Source: Antechinus flavipes (Eukaryota). Taken from it: a stretch of DNA of 64,000 nt. Position numbers and translations under genes: made by a program. Positions 25,629 to 39,175 of the stretch are shown one piece after another (position 1 is the first letter of the stretch; each line of letters opens with the position of its first letter). Under the pieces are notes generated by a model. The model worked only from the letters and a program-made list of their open reading frames with translations, did no database searches and had not been told where the DNA came from. The DNA is taken from the NCBI RefSeq assembly GCF_016432865.1, contig NC_067399.1, positions 94,612,001-94,676,000 on the forward strand, in the 5' to 3' direction.

Positions 25629-25721
25629 CCCTGTTTGGAGTCGGTGCCTTATGAAGAAGCTCTGGCCAATCGTCGTATCCTTTTGAGTTCCACGGAAAGT
25701 AGAGAAGGTCTTGCACAACAG
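25629..25721 (+). CDS. PPP1R21: PPP1R21 exon 16 (PCLESVPYEEALANRRILLSSTESREGLAQQ)
   Basis: tactgcag| acceptor, |gtatgg donor; 93 nt. Confidence 0.96.
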
Positions 25722-25832
25722 GTATGGAATCTCTAACATTAGTGATAGGAAAATCAAAGTATTGATTTTATACAGTGACCTTTTAAAAGAGTATATAGAC
25801 ATATAGGCATGTTTAATGTTATAAGCGGGAGG

Positions 25833-26095
25833 GAGATAGATGGCACATAGTAGACAGAGTGCTTGGCCTGGAGGTAAAAAGACATGAGTTCAAATTCTTG
25901 TTCTTATACTAGCTGTGTGATCCTGCTCTGGGCAAGCCACTTAACCACTGTTTGCATTAGTTTCCTCTCTTACAAAATAGAGTTTAAAAACAGTACCACC
26001 TCTGAGAATTTTTGTGAGGATCAAATAAGATAACTATAAGTACCTGGCACATAATAGGTATTATATAATTATTAGCTGCTATTATTGTTATTGTT
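25833..26095 (+). mobile_element. MIR SINE
   Basis: gggcaagccacttaacc...gtgaggatcaaataagata...ctggcacataatagg. Confidence 0.78.
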
Positions 26096-26790
26096 AGTTT
26101 TATTAAATATGGAGGATCATTTCTGAAGGATAGTCAAATAAAAAAACATTTTTTTCATATAACTTCTGAGTTTATACTAATTGTTACATTCTTTAATGAT
26201 TGTATATTTGAGTATAGTTTTCAATTTCGTGGAGAAGAAAAAGAGGAATTATTCATTTTTTGGAATGAACTTTTTTTACTCAATCCTGTCTATCCTGTCT
26301 ATTGGTTTTCATTTTGTATTCCATTTAAAAAATTGTTATAGGCATAAAGTATTGCTTAATATGTTAAATAGTATTTTGATTCAATTGATGACTTTAAAGA
26401 CATTATTTAGTCTTTAGTCCTGATTATTGATACTTTATGTAGGTTGTAGAACTAGAAAACTTTCAAGTATCAATATGGTTGTAAACATTTTGGATTATTT
26501 TCATCTCCTGACTCAGCAGAACACTATTTCATTTTCTGTCTTTAATTGGTCACTTTTTTTTTTTTAGTTAATATTACTGAAGTGGTTCCAGAGACATACT
26601 GATTTAAGATATGTTACAAATGTATTTGTTTTGTGATATCTGCAGATTGTTATCATTGCAGAATAAAATATACAACATGGGATAACCTACTGTATAAGTA
26701 TTCATCATTTTACACTAAAACCTTCAATTTCAATTTTGTTTATTGCTGTATTAAATTTACAGATTTAAAATAATCAGCAGAATTAATTTT

Positions 26791-28181
26791 TAAAAAATAT
26801 TTTATTTTATTTTATAATAACTTTATATTGACAGAATCCATGCCAGGGTAATTTTTTTACAACATTATCCCTTGCACTCACTTCTGTTCCGATTTTTCCC
26901 CTCCCTCCCTCCACCCTCTCCCCTAGATGGCAAGCAGTCCAATATATGTTAGATATGTTGCAGTATATCCTAGATACAATATATGTTTGCAGAACCGAAC
27001 AGTTCTCTTGTTGCACAGGGAGAATTGGATTCAGAAGGTAAAAATAACCCGGGAAGAAAAACAAAAATGCAAATAGTTCACATTCATTTCCCAGTGTTCT
27101 TTCTTTGGATGTAGCTACTTCTGTCCATCATTTATCAGTTGAAACTGAGTTAGGTCTCTTTGTCAAAGAAATCCACTTCCATCAGAATACATCCTCATAC
27201 AATATCATTGTTGAAGTGTATAATGATCTCCTGGTTCTGCTCATTTCACTTAGCATCAGTTCATGTAAGTCTCTCCAAGCCTCTCTGTATTCATACTGCT
27301 AGTCATTTCTTTCAGAACAATAATATTCCATAACATTCATATGCCACAATTTACCCAGCCATTCTCCAATTGATGGGCTTCTATTCAATTTCCAGTTTCT
27401 AGCCACTATAAACAGGGCTGCCACAAACATTTTGGCACATACAAGTCCCTTTCCCTTTTTTATATCCTTTTTATCCTTTTTGGGATATAAGCCCAGAAGT
27501 AACACTGCTAGATCAAAGGGTATGCACAGTTTGATAACTTTTTGGGCATAATTCCAGATCGCTCTCCAGAATGATTGGATTCATTCACAACTCCACCAAC
27601 AATGCATCAGTGTCCCAGTTTTCCTGCATCTCCTCCAACATTCATCATTATTTTTTCCTGTTATCTTAGCCAATCTGACAGGTGTGTAGTGGTATCTCAG
27701 AGTTGTCTTAATTTGCATTTCTCTGATCAATAGTGATTTGGAACACTCTTTCATATGAGTGGTAATAGTTTCAATTTCATCATATGAAAATTGTTCATAT
27801 CCTTTGACCATTTATCAATTGGAGAATGGCTTGATTTCTTATAAATTAGGGTCAGTTCTCTATATATTTTGGAAATGAGGCCTTTATCAGAACCTTTAAC
27901 TGTAAAGATGTTTTCCCAGTTTGTTGCTTCCCTTCTAATCTTGTTTGCATTAGTTTTGTTTGTACAAAGGCTTTTTAATTTGATATAATCAAAATTTTCT
28001 ATTTTGTGATCAGTAATGGTCTCTAGTTCATCTTTGGTCACAAATTTCTTTCTCCTCCACAAGTCTGAGAGATAAACTATCCTATATTCCTCTAATTTAT
28101 TTATAATCTCTTCTTTATGCCTAGGTCATGAACCCATTTTGATCTTATCTTGGTATATGGTGTTAAGTGTGGGTCCATGCC
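26791..28181 (-). mobile_element. Young 5'-truncated L1 (ORF2 C-terminus plus 3' UTR)
   Basis: 20-bp TSD taatcagcagaattaatttt at 26771-26790 and 28182-28201; ORFs 27581..27811 ([21 protein letters not shown]) and 27751..28062 are L1 ORF2. Confidence 0.92.
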
Positions 28182-28242
28182 TAATCAGCAGAATTAATTT
28201 TGGACCCAAACAATACAGGGTAGAATTATTATTATTATTATT

Positions 28243-28398
28243 AGTTTTATTTATTTTTTTTTTGGTAAGGCAATTGAGGCTAAGTGACTTGCCTAGGGAC
28301 ATAGCTAGGAAGAATAGTTAAGTGTCAGACCAGATTTGAACTCAGATCTTCCTTTCTTCAGGGGTAGTACTCTATCCACTGCACTATCTAGTTGCCCC
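28243..28398 (-). mobile_element. WSINE1-type SINE
   Basis: Reverse-complement consensus; flanks agggtagaatt / agtgtagaatt are TSD-like. Confidence 0.8.
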
Positions 28399-28499
28399 AC
28401 AGTGTAGAATTCTTTGTTTATTTCTGTTTTTTTTTTTTTTTCCCAAGTCAATATGCATTTATTGAGCACTGTGTGTCATGCAATTTACTAAGTCTTAGG

Positions 28500-30792
28500 G
28501 ATTTTTTAAAATTAAATTTATTTTATTTGAAAAAATAGAGAAGAAAAAAAAAGAAAAACAGAAAAGGAATACAAAACAAAGTTAAGCAAAACAAAAGAGA
28601 ACATTATCATGTGCCCGACTGAACTTCAGGGAGAATTAAAATATATATAATAACAAATATAAGTTCAAGAAAGTAAATACATATTAGTAGAAGAAATTAT
28701 AATCATGAGTATCCATCTTTTCTTTACTTCTTTGTAAATTGTTCTTTTGTTTTCTGCTGTGCATCTTTTTTACTTTATCCTTTTTGCCCCCTTTCATTCT
28801 CCTTCCATCCTCAAGCAAGCTATAGTTAAGAAAGGATATATTTAGATACATACATATACACATATACATATACACATATTCCCACACATAGGCACATTCA
28901 TCTCTTTCCTATTTCTGTTGACTCTGCTTTAATTCTGCTCTTGACTTGCCTTGCTCTTACTTAACCTTCCCGCCACCCCTGGATCCTTTCCTTGTCTTCT
29001 TCCCACACCCTTTGCTTCCCTGTCCACCCATCCCTCCTCTCTTATTTTTTTTTTTTACAAATTTTGGAGGGTGCTATGCTCTTGATATATATATGTAGTG
29101 TTAGCTATTGAATCCATTCCTGATGTAAGTTTTCAGAATTAGGAGCCCTCATCCCCCCTCTAATGAGTCTGTATCTAGTCTTCCTCTGCCCCTCATTTGT
29201 ATAACATGATTACTATTTTTACCTTCCTATTATTGATGTGAATCTTAAACATATAATATACATATATAAAAAACCAAATTTTTGTCCATATTTAAACAGT
29301 TTGTCAATGTTAAATTCCTTAAAATTGATCTTTGATATTGACTCTTATGTTAAATTTTCTGTTAAGTTCGGTTTTAGTTGTTAGATAGTCCTACAAATCT
29401 GCAAGTTCATTGAAGGTCCATTTTTTCTCAATGAAAATTATAGATAATTTTGCTGGATAGGATATTTTTGGCTGCAGGCCTAGTTCTTTTGATTGTTAGT
29501 AGATATGATTCTAGGACCTGTAGTCTTTTATTGTAGCTCCTGCTAAGTCTTGTACAATTGTAATTGTAGCTTTGGTGTATTTGAATTATTATTATTTTTT
29601 TGTTTGTTTCTTTGCAAAATTTTCTCTTTGATATGGGGATTTCAAAATTTGGTAATAATATTCCTATGTGTTTTTCACAAAATATCTCTTTGAGATGGTT
29701 ATTGGGTGGATTTTTTCTATTTCTACTTTGCCCTCATGTTTTATCATTCCAGGACAATTTTCTTGGATTATTTCCTGCATTATTATGTCAGAGTTCTTTT
29801 TTTTTTTTTGTCATAACTTTCAGACAGTCCAATTATTCTTATGTTTTTTCTTCTTGATTTTTTTTTTCCACATCTGCTGTTTTTCAGTGTTTCAAATTTC
29901 CCATTCTTTATAATCTGTTGTGTTATTTCTTGGTCTCTCATAGCTTCAGTGGCTTCTCCTGGCCCAATTCTAATTTTCAAAGAATTATTTTCATTTTTGA
30001 GACTCTACCTCCTTTTCTAGTTGGTTAACTTTTTTTTTTCATAATCTTCTTGTTTTTCTTGGATGATTTTTCTTTTTCTTTTTACTTTTTCCTTAATATC
30101 TATCATTTGATTTTAAAATTCTTTTTTGAGTTCTTGTCCTCCTCTGAAGATGAAATCCCAGTCTTCCTCTTCCCATAATGTTTCAATGGTGAGGTTCTTT
30201 CTTCTTTATTCATTTTTTTTTAAAATAAGAGATATTAGTGTAAGCACCATTAGTCCTGGGGTGGGGGGTTAGTGCCTCAAACTTCTATCCAGCTTTCTCT
30301 TCTGACCTGGAACCCCAAACTAAGAACTCTCCCCTCCATCAAGTGCCCACAGCCAGCAGCATCCCTACCCTGCTGCCTCAGCACTCACCAGGAACTGGTT
30401 TTTTCTCATCTAGTCTCAGCAGCACAGCTGGGCCTGAATCAGTTCCCAACCAGCAGAGACTTACTTAGTCTTTGTGGACTCAATCTCCCACTCCACAAAC
30501 AGACCGGGAAGTAAAAGTCTCTGTGATTTCTGCTGAGAGTTCAGCCACATACAGCTACCCCAAGAGGACCCCACTTGCTGTTTCTACAGAGCTAGCCTAG
30601 AGGTGTTTGCACTTTGGAGGGGTTAATCTCTAGCCTGGGGTCTTTCTTGGCATCTTCTTGTGTTATATCAGGAGGATCCCTTTTCTGCCCCAAGTCTTCT
30701 TGATTTTTCACCAGTGTATGTTCACTCTAAGGTGTAATTTTTTCTATTTGTGGGAGAAATTGGGAGAGCTTGAAATGAATGACTATTCCACC
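28500..30792 (-). mobile_element. HAL1-like element (5' UTR plus ORF1 relic, no ORF2)
   Basis: The minus strand has L1 ORF1p motifs RRKNIRIIGLSE (ORF 29783..29980) and LGLQPKISYPAKLS (~29430-29480), then goes directly to an A-rich 3' end at ~28500. Confidence 0.7.
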
Positions 30793-31323
30793 ATCTTCCC
30801 AGAATCCTCCCAGAATTCTTAAAAGTAATTTCTAAATCTATAATAAATTTAGTTTTTGTTTACCACTCAAAATTAGACATTTAAAAAGAAAATTCAGAAA
30901 TTGTTTTTTTTTCCAGTTCTTTTGGGGCTCTGGGAAAGATGATATTGTGGAGCAGTAAGACAGGCAGTTGTTGCTTTTCTTTTGGATTTTGGCCAACTTT
31001 TGAGCCATATTTTAGGCTTTTACATTTCATATAACAAAGCAAACTTAGCTAGAACTCACGTTTCAAGGGTTGTGACCTGGTTAAAAAATTAATTTGAAAA
31101 AATAAGTGGAAAAACTTCTATTAAGAGCAAAAATTTAAGTAGCAGTTTGAAAAAAAAAAAGCAATTATATTTATTTCAATGGTTTGTCCAGTAAGTCTGA
31201 TTAGTTTTCTAAATATATTTGTATCTTTTGAAATAGCTTTGATTTGATCACATAAAGTCTCTAGATCTTTCAGTTTTGTTTTCATTTCATATTCAAATTA
31301 GTAATTATCTTTCAATTTTGAAG

Positions 31324-31572
31324 GTCCAGCAGAGTTTAGAGAAGATTGCCAAACTGGAGCAGGAGAAGGAACATTGGATGCTGGAAGCCCAGCTAGCCAA
31401 AATCAAGTTGGAAAAGGAAAACCAGAGAATGGCAGATAAGGGGAAAAATGCCAGTGGAGCCCCGCTGGTTCAGAATACCCAGGAAAATCCTGTTGTGGTG
31501 AATGCCACTGTACAAGATCAGGAAGAACCATCTGACAGGACTTGGCAAGAACCTGTTCAGAGTACCAGTCTG
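31324..31572 (+). CDS. PPP1R21: PPP1R21 exon 17 (VQQSLEKIAKLEQEKEHWMLEAQLAKIKLEKENQR...EPVQSTSL)
   Basis: ttttgaag| acceptor, |gtaagg donor; 249 nt; lies within ORF 31276..31596. Confidence 0.96.
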
Positions 31573-31989
31573 GTAAGGTTATTCCTTCTGTTTTGATTCT
31601 TTGATTCCCTTGTTCTTTTTATTCTCAGTAACAAAGGTCCCACCTGCCTTCCCAAGATGAACATAAAAAACCCATGCAACATACATCATGTTCTTGAAGT
31701 GAAACTCCATCTTTCCTGCAGAATTCAACCTGCTAATCAGAATGCTTTTCAAAGGGGAACAGAAAGGCATCATTATGGTGTAGTGGGCAGAGGGCAGGAT
31801 GGGAAGTAGGGAGACCATGATTTGTATTCTGCCTCCCACACTTACTAGGTGTGTGGCCTGGGGCAAGTCACCTCTGAGCTTTAGTTTCCGGATTTTTATG
31901 ATGCTGTTTTTGTGTGATGTCATCAATGAGGGTATTCTCTATTTGTGCAAGCTGTAAATATTCTTTTGTATCTGTGTATAAGATTTCTA

Positions 31990-33800
31990 CAGAACTGAGT
32001 GGGGAGATGGAAAAGGCAGGCTGACATTTAAGAGGTATATCTTGACATCTCTTAATATTGAATGGCTACTACCAGGGGGATATGTGACATTCCATTGGTT
32101 TATCCTGAGCATATTTGGCCCAACCATCTTTTCTAGTCTGCATCTCTCTAATAATAGACCTAATGACACCTTAGATGCATGAGTTTTCTTTGCTTATGGT
32201 GGTCTTCTCTTCATCTTTTTTTTGCCTTTTGGGTGACTCTTAGCTTCAGTTCCTTGGTTATTGTGGCCATTCCATGTCTTATAGCCAAATATCAGCACTG
32301 GAAAATTATTGTTCTTAAACTTCTTGGCTTTTGTTTTAAGTAGGATTTTGTGACTCATTAAAAGTTCTGAAATTTCTCAAAGGAAGTCTAGATTCTTCCA
32401 TTTTGGCCCTAGAATATTCCCCAAAGACAACATCTTTTCAAGATATATGTAGTTGATGGTTGGTCTCTATGGACTTTTCATCCTGTGGTATTTCATATAT
32501 AGTATCATTTATAGAGACATTCTTCATTCACTTCGTTTTTCCTGTGTGAATAGTTAGGTACCCTTGTATATAGATTACTCTTTTGAGTGATTATGTATCT
32601 CATTTATAAAGTGCTGTCAGGACTTTATAATATAATGTTGTTCCCAAAGAGGAGTATCTGAAGGATCTCACCTTCTGCAGTGAGACCTTTGGTATACTTC
32701 TTCCATTAGGATAGTAAATACCTTTGACAAATATATGCCTACCATTTTTATGCGTTGCTTGATTTTGATAATCAGAACAAAGTTAACTCCTTCTAAGGAA
32801 TTTTACATGGTTTTAGTATATGTGTAGAAAGCATCTCCTTTGGGGAGAGGCTTTAAGAGAATATTTGGCTTTACCAGGTCAAATGCTTTTTTTGTAGTAA
32901 TAAATAGAGTAGTATCTTGTGTTTTCTGTAGTTTTCAGTCTATAACTAAAACAGTCTACAGTGAGAGATTGTAAAGATGTGATCTAATTTAGGCTATTTA
33001 CTTGCAAAAGCCTCCTTGTTCTCCTTGATGCATGTGCAGATTATTCTCCTAAATATTTTGCATAATGTGAAGATAAATTTATGGTTTGGCAATTATTGTT
33101 ATTTTCTCACTTAGACTTTTGATATTAATAAAGTCTAGGATTTTTTCTTACCTTTGTCATATCCTAGACTTTTTCAGCTTTGAGAATCATTCCCTCTCTA
33201 TGTCTAAAATGTTCACCTTTAGCACAGATGATAAACTTGGATCTAGACTAGTTACTTGTTTTTTTAGTAATATTTCTGTACTCACATATATAGGTCCTTC
33301 AATGAAGTAAAGGAGGAAAGACTTTGTTAGAACAATTAAAAAAAAAACTTTTTGCATTTTAAAAAAGTTCTGTCTTGTTTTTTTCATCAAACTTTCTGTA
33401 ACTTTGCTCCCCTCTACTGCTTCTTTGCTGTTTTATGAGGCAATGCTACTTCATAAACTTCCAGGATCATTTCTCTGTAAAGATTTTACAAATGATTTTT
33501 GTTTTTGAAATGAGACCTACATTAAACTATTAAAACGTTTATTGGCTGAGATACTTTTTAGGTTTTTTGAGCCTTCTCATTGTGGTGATTGATTTATATT
33601 GGCTAATCTTCTGGAAATGTTGAAAAAAAAATTCTGTGTTGTTGTCAATTCTTTTAAACTTGTTCTATTTTTGATATTAATAGTTTGCTTAAATAGATTG
33701 GGTTGGCATTTGCTCTATTGTACATCATGTTATCTTCTCAATTTAATTCTGATTTGTTTTGATTTTGATCTTTAAGATGCTATTTGCCTGATTGTATATA
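31990..33800 (-). mobile_element. RTE-clade LINE relic
   Basis: Degenerate minus-strand RT motifs (..KVFTILMEE..GEILQILLFGNNIIL; KLRVTQKA), homologous to the plus-strand RTE at 49560-52860. Confidence 0.7.
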
Positions 33801-35345
33801 GACTCAATTGAGAAATATTCCTAAATTAGTAAATTTAGCAAATTTACTAGTATTAGTAAATTTCTGTCTATTAAAGTATAAGCAAGTGCATTTTTTTTGT
33901 TGTTATTTGGCGTTTGCTTTGTTGCTTTTTGACTTTCTTCTTGAAGAAATTATTTGTGATACGTAGTTAGAAGTTTTCAATATAATCTAAGTCTAGCTTT
34001 AATTTAATTTAATTTTAATTTAATGCTCCAGAACTAACATTTTAGTTCATATCCTTCCCTTTGCGTTGAATTAAAATATCAAAATTTATGTTGATTTTAT
34101 TAAAACAGGGGTTAATTTAATTAGAACCTGTGGTTTGTGAACATATTTTCTTAATATTTTAGTAACTTGATTTCAACATAATTAGTTTATTTTGTTATCC
34201 TGTGTTTTATTTTATGCTTTAAAAAAATAAAAGGTGGTTATTAAATAAAAGAGGTGAAGGATCTCTTATTTAGTATAGGTATAATCAAGTTCTTTATAGA
34301 ATTTCCTTATTTCCACATTTTTTGCCACAAATATCAATCTATAAGCAATGACTGTTTTCGTAAGTCTTTTTTTTCCAAATGCTTATCCATCTGTATAGCA
34401 AGAGATTACGTTTACTATGAAATAATGTTGTTGCTTTTGAATGCACAATAAAACTAACTATACAGTTCATTTATTTGACTCTCCTAGAGAACCTGGGAGA
34501 TATCCTATTTCCCCATTCTTTATTCTTTCTATCTTCTGGTTTCATTTATAGAAAGAATGTTAAGATTAATATGATTCATTCCTTCTTGTAGCATGTCATT
34601 TAGTCACTGGGACAAGGATCTTACATTTATAATGCAACTACTGAAATTTGGGTTTAGAGATCATTTAAACTTACATAATTCTTAGCATCTTCTGCACTTT
34701 TTTCTGCCACCATCATTGTTGAAGTAGAAGGAAGTTGCAGAAAGCTCAAGGCTATGTTATAGTTTTCTTTGTTTATTGAGTTGCCATAGTCAGCCTGCTG
34801 GTGGTGAGCCTGTCTTCTCTGTTCTTAGACTGGTTCTTAAAAAAAAAAAAAAAATGCCACTTCTTGTTAGTATAATATTTGAAATCTGTACAGTAAAGAG
34901 GCACCTCCATGGCACAGTGATGGATCAGAATTGACTTTGAGATAATAGATATACTCGTAAATCATTAAATACATTTTATATAAATAGCTAAATAAGCCAT
35001 CATCTTTTTGCTTAATTATACTTGTCTCAAATGTAACAAATTCATCCAATCCATGTGGGAATCATACTCAGTTCAACTGTGGGAATGATTTATAATAGCT
35101 CGTAACATGTATAACATATATATAAATAATGTGGTATATGTTATTATGTTAACATGTTATATATTAATATAACATTAATATATAGTATTTAATAATATAT
35201 CATAATAATATATTTAGATAATTTTGAACACATATTAGAGGTGCAGTATATCATAGTAGATCAAGGGCAAGCCTGCCAAGTCAGGAAGATCTGGTATTTA
35301 AGTCCTGCTTCTGACAGGTATTAACCATGTGCCCATAAATTCATT

Positions 35346-35367
35346 CACACACACACACACACACACA
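35346..35367. repeat. (CA)n microsatellite
   Basis: Read directly. Confidence 0.9.
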
Positions 35368-35449
35368 TATATATTATATATACATACAATTTCACTTTGC
35401 CAAAACCTGTATGTGTACGTGTCAGAATCAGGCATTGCATTCAGGTCTT

Positions 35450-36905
35450 CCTTTTTTTTAAAATTTAAACTTTATTTAAATTTTTATTTTCACATTCCTC
35501 CTTTCCCTGCCTACTCCATTCATTGAGAAGGTAAAACTGTACATATACAATCATATAAAACATATTTCACATTATAGCCATGTCCTGAAAGAAAAATGAA
35601 GAAAGGAGGAAAAACATGTTTCAGGCTATACTCCATACTCATCAGTTCTCTATTTAGAGCATTTTATATTATGAATTTTTGGCGTTGTGATGGATCATTT
35701 TGATCAGAGTTAATAAGTCTTTCACAGTTTATTTTTCTTGCAACATTGTTGTTACTATACAGATTTTTCCCATTTTTCCTACTTCACTTTGCCTCAGTTC
35801 ATATAGATCTTTTCTGGTTTTCTGAAACTATTTTGATCATCATTTGTTATACACAGTATTATGTTGATATGTTATAGAGCTATTTTCCCAACTGATGGAC
35901 ATCGCGTCAGTTTCTAATTCTTTGATAACACAAAAAGAGCTGCTATAAATATTTTTGTGTATATGGGTCTTTTTCTTTTTTTTCCTTTTTTTTTTTTTTT
36001 TTTTTTAATCTTCTTGGGGTACAAGCCTACTAGTGGTATTGCTGAATCAAAGGGTCGGCATAGTATCATTGCCCTTTGGATGTATATGCAAATTGTCTTC
36101 TAGAACAGCAGGATTAATTCACAGATCTACCAATAATGCCTTAATGTAATTATTTTCATATATTCCCTCTAGCATTTGTCATTTTCTTTGTCTGTTACTT
36201 TAGCCAATCTGATGTGTATAAGACAGTATCTTAAAGTTGTTTTAATCTACATTTCTCCAGTTATTAGTGATTTAGAGTATTTTTTCATATGACTTAATAG
36301 TTTTGATTTCTTCCTCTAAGAACTGCCTATCAATCTTTTGACCATCAATTTAAAATTGGCTGTTATTTTTTATAAATTTGGTTCAGTTCCGAGCCAAGTA
36401 TTTGAGAAATGTAAGCTTTACTTGGTAAATTTGATACAAAAATTTCCCGTTTCCTGCTTTTCTTCTAATTTTAGCTTCATTGTTTTTGGTTTGGGCAAAA
36501 AACTTTAATTTTATTTAATAAAATATCCACTATACCTCCTGTGACCCTCTATATCTTGTTTGGTCATGAACTTATCCCCTATCTATATTTCTTTTTTTTG
36601 TTTTTTGCTTTTGGTGAAGCAGTTGGGGTTATGTGACTTGCCCAGGGCCACACAGCTAGTAAGAATTAAGTGCCTAAGACTGGATTTGAAGTCAGGTACT
36701 CCTCAGAGCCAGTGCTCTATATGCTATACCATGTAGCTGTTCCATCCTGTCTATGCTTCTGACAGGTAATTTCCTCTATGCTCTCCTAATTTGCTTATGA
36801 TATCTTCATGTCTAAATCATGTACTCATTTTGAGCTTATCTTCCTTTATGATATAATATGATGGTCCATGTATAGTTTCTGCCAGTCTGCTCTTTAGTTT
36901 TTGTC
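35450..36905 (-). mobile_element. Older L1 3' end and ORF2 C-terminus with a nested WSINE1
   Basis: Motifs aaaagagctgctataaatatttttg and gctgaatcaaaggg shared with the other L1 copies. Confidence 0.75.
36588..36743 (-). mobile_element. WSINE1-type SINE nested in L1
   Basis: ggggttatgtgacttgcccagggccacacagctagt... Confidence 0.8.
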
Positions 36906-37124
36906 AGAGAGTTTTTGCTGGGAGCTCTGCCATTCAATTCTTTTGTATTTGGAAATTATGACCCGTATATTTTTTCACCAGTAAACTAGATTTGATACCC
37001 AGTGGTTAAATGGGTTGCTCCATTTAAGACTAGGATATATAGTCTTTTTGAATAAAAGCATTTATAATTGCTAACATTTACATTGTATTTTAAGGTTTGC
37101 TTAGGATTTCATTCTTTTCTCAGT

Positions 37125-37370
37125 TGAGGCAAAGTAGATTGTAGTGATTAGAGTGCTAAGCCTAGAGTCAAGAAGACCTGAGTTCAAATGTTGCTTTAGC
37201 TTTAATAGCCCTGGTCAAGTCATTTAACCTTTGATTATCTAAATTTTCTCATCTGATTACCTAACTAAAATGGAGATAACAAAAGCACCTACCTATCATA
37301 GTTGTTGTGAGGATAAAAATAAATATTTATAAAGTATTTTGCCGACTTGAAGCATGATTATAAATTATCA
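37125..37370 (+). mobile_element. MIR SINE
   Basis: gagtcaagaagacctgagttcaaat...gttgtgaggataaaaat. Confidence 0.72.
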
Positions 37371-39142
37371 TTCAGATAATAAGTATTTAAGGTAGGGATT
37401 GAATTGTTTTCCTAATTTTTCTTCCATACCTCTGGAGAACAGATAGGTATAATATCTTAATGGTCTACAAAGAGCTTAGCTCAAAATATCACTGCTAGAA
37501 AGTAGTAAAGGTGTTATTCCCATTTTTCAAGTGAGCAAATTGAGGCCCAGAACCAGCAAACTGACCCTTTTTAGTTCTACTTTTTTAATGCTTCCTAATC
37601 TGAATTTATAATTATATGAATACTAATTTATTACATATATATTTATAGTAGATGATTCTATATTGGAAATGAATGTTCAGCATGCCATTTAAAAACTTTA
37701 AAAAATTGTTTTTGTTTCTGGAGGCAAGTTTGTGTCTAGTTTAAAATACAAGGTTGATTAATGTGAGCTCTTCATTTTAATATTAGCAGAAGAGGGCTCT
37801 AATGTTGAGCTCATGGAGTCTATACAAATGAAAAGACATTAGAAAAGATGGAGGGTGGGAGATGACAGAGGAAATAAAATTTCATAATCTATCCCCCCAT
37901 AGAATATACCAAAAGAAATATTTTAAATTGTTTCTCTTAGTGAAATTTACAGTTTTTGAAAGTACAGCATAATTTATTATCAATAATGGTAGTAAAAGAT
38001 ATCAGTTGATGAAGAAAATTTGTGGACCTTTCCAGACCTTTATTTTCCTCAATTATTGTTACGTTAGAATTAAAATACATTTTAAAAATGTAATCCCATT
38101 TATCATGACTAATTTCAATTTACATAAATAACACTCTTTTGAAGAGTGTTTCTCAAATCTAGAGTCAAATGGAAAATGAGAAAGAGAAAGAAATGCTGGC
38201 AGGGGCTGGGAGGGGCAGAGAGAGAAACATAACTTGCCCATGACATCCCTATTTAAATATGTATTTTAAAATATATGACTAAATTAATTGATATCTTCCT
38301 GTAAACTTTTTCTAACTGAAAGAGAAAATTAATTGAAGCTACTGTTTCAGACATTACTTGTACAAATAATTTTTTTTTTAATTTACAGAAATTTCTTTAG
38401 ATTTGAAATACACTTTCATTATGAAGAATGCTCTTAATTCACTAATTATAACTGTCTTCTTTTGAAATCTTAAATTAACAATCTTTCCAGACCAGAATTA
38501 AGAAACATCAATATGTTTAAAACTGCACTTTAATTTTTATTAATGTAAACCTTACAGAAACTGATATCTGTATTATATTGGTTTCAAATGAATACTGTGA
38601 AACTGTTGTTGCTTTTTTTCTTCTGTTCTTTATCGTGAGCTCTTGTCTGGAGACTTTGTTGCTGATGTTTTTGGTTCACCAGTGTTTACTATGATACTTA
38701 CTATAGAATAAACATTCCTATTATTTCTTTTCTTTAGATATAGCAAGCATATAAAAAATGATAGGAGTTGGGAGCCAAGAAACTGAACTTGGCCTTTTTT
38801 CCTTCTTATAAAAGAATAGTAATTTAGTATAATGTCATTTGAAAAATTTGAAAAATCTTATACTGAGAGCATTTTGATAGATAGTTAAAAGTCACTGTTT
38901 ATTCCCTGCTGAGTGTGTTATGGCAATAAATGTCAATGTATGTAATTGCCTGTAGGCAAAAGCATCCTCAGTACTGAAAAAGAATCCAAGGGAAATCTTA
39001 TTCTGATCTTAATGCCTAATAAGAAACTCTAAACACAAGTTGAAGTTGAAAACATTCCATCCATACAAAGTATTGTGCAATGAGTTCTTAATGAAAAAAT
39101 TGTAGCTTATTCTGAATAATTTTTTCTTCTCTTGTATTCTAG

Positions 39143-39175
39143 GTTGGAATGTTGGTGAAGACATCAGACAGTGAG
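39143..39175 (+). CDS. PPP1R21: PPP1R21 exon 18, 33-nt mini-exon (VGMLVKTSDSE)
   Basis: long pyrimidine tract ending tattctag|, donor |gtactg; corresponds to human IGTLTRTSDSE as recalled; not captured by the ORF track. Confidence 0.9.
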
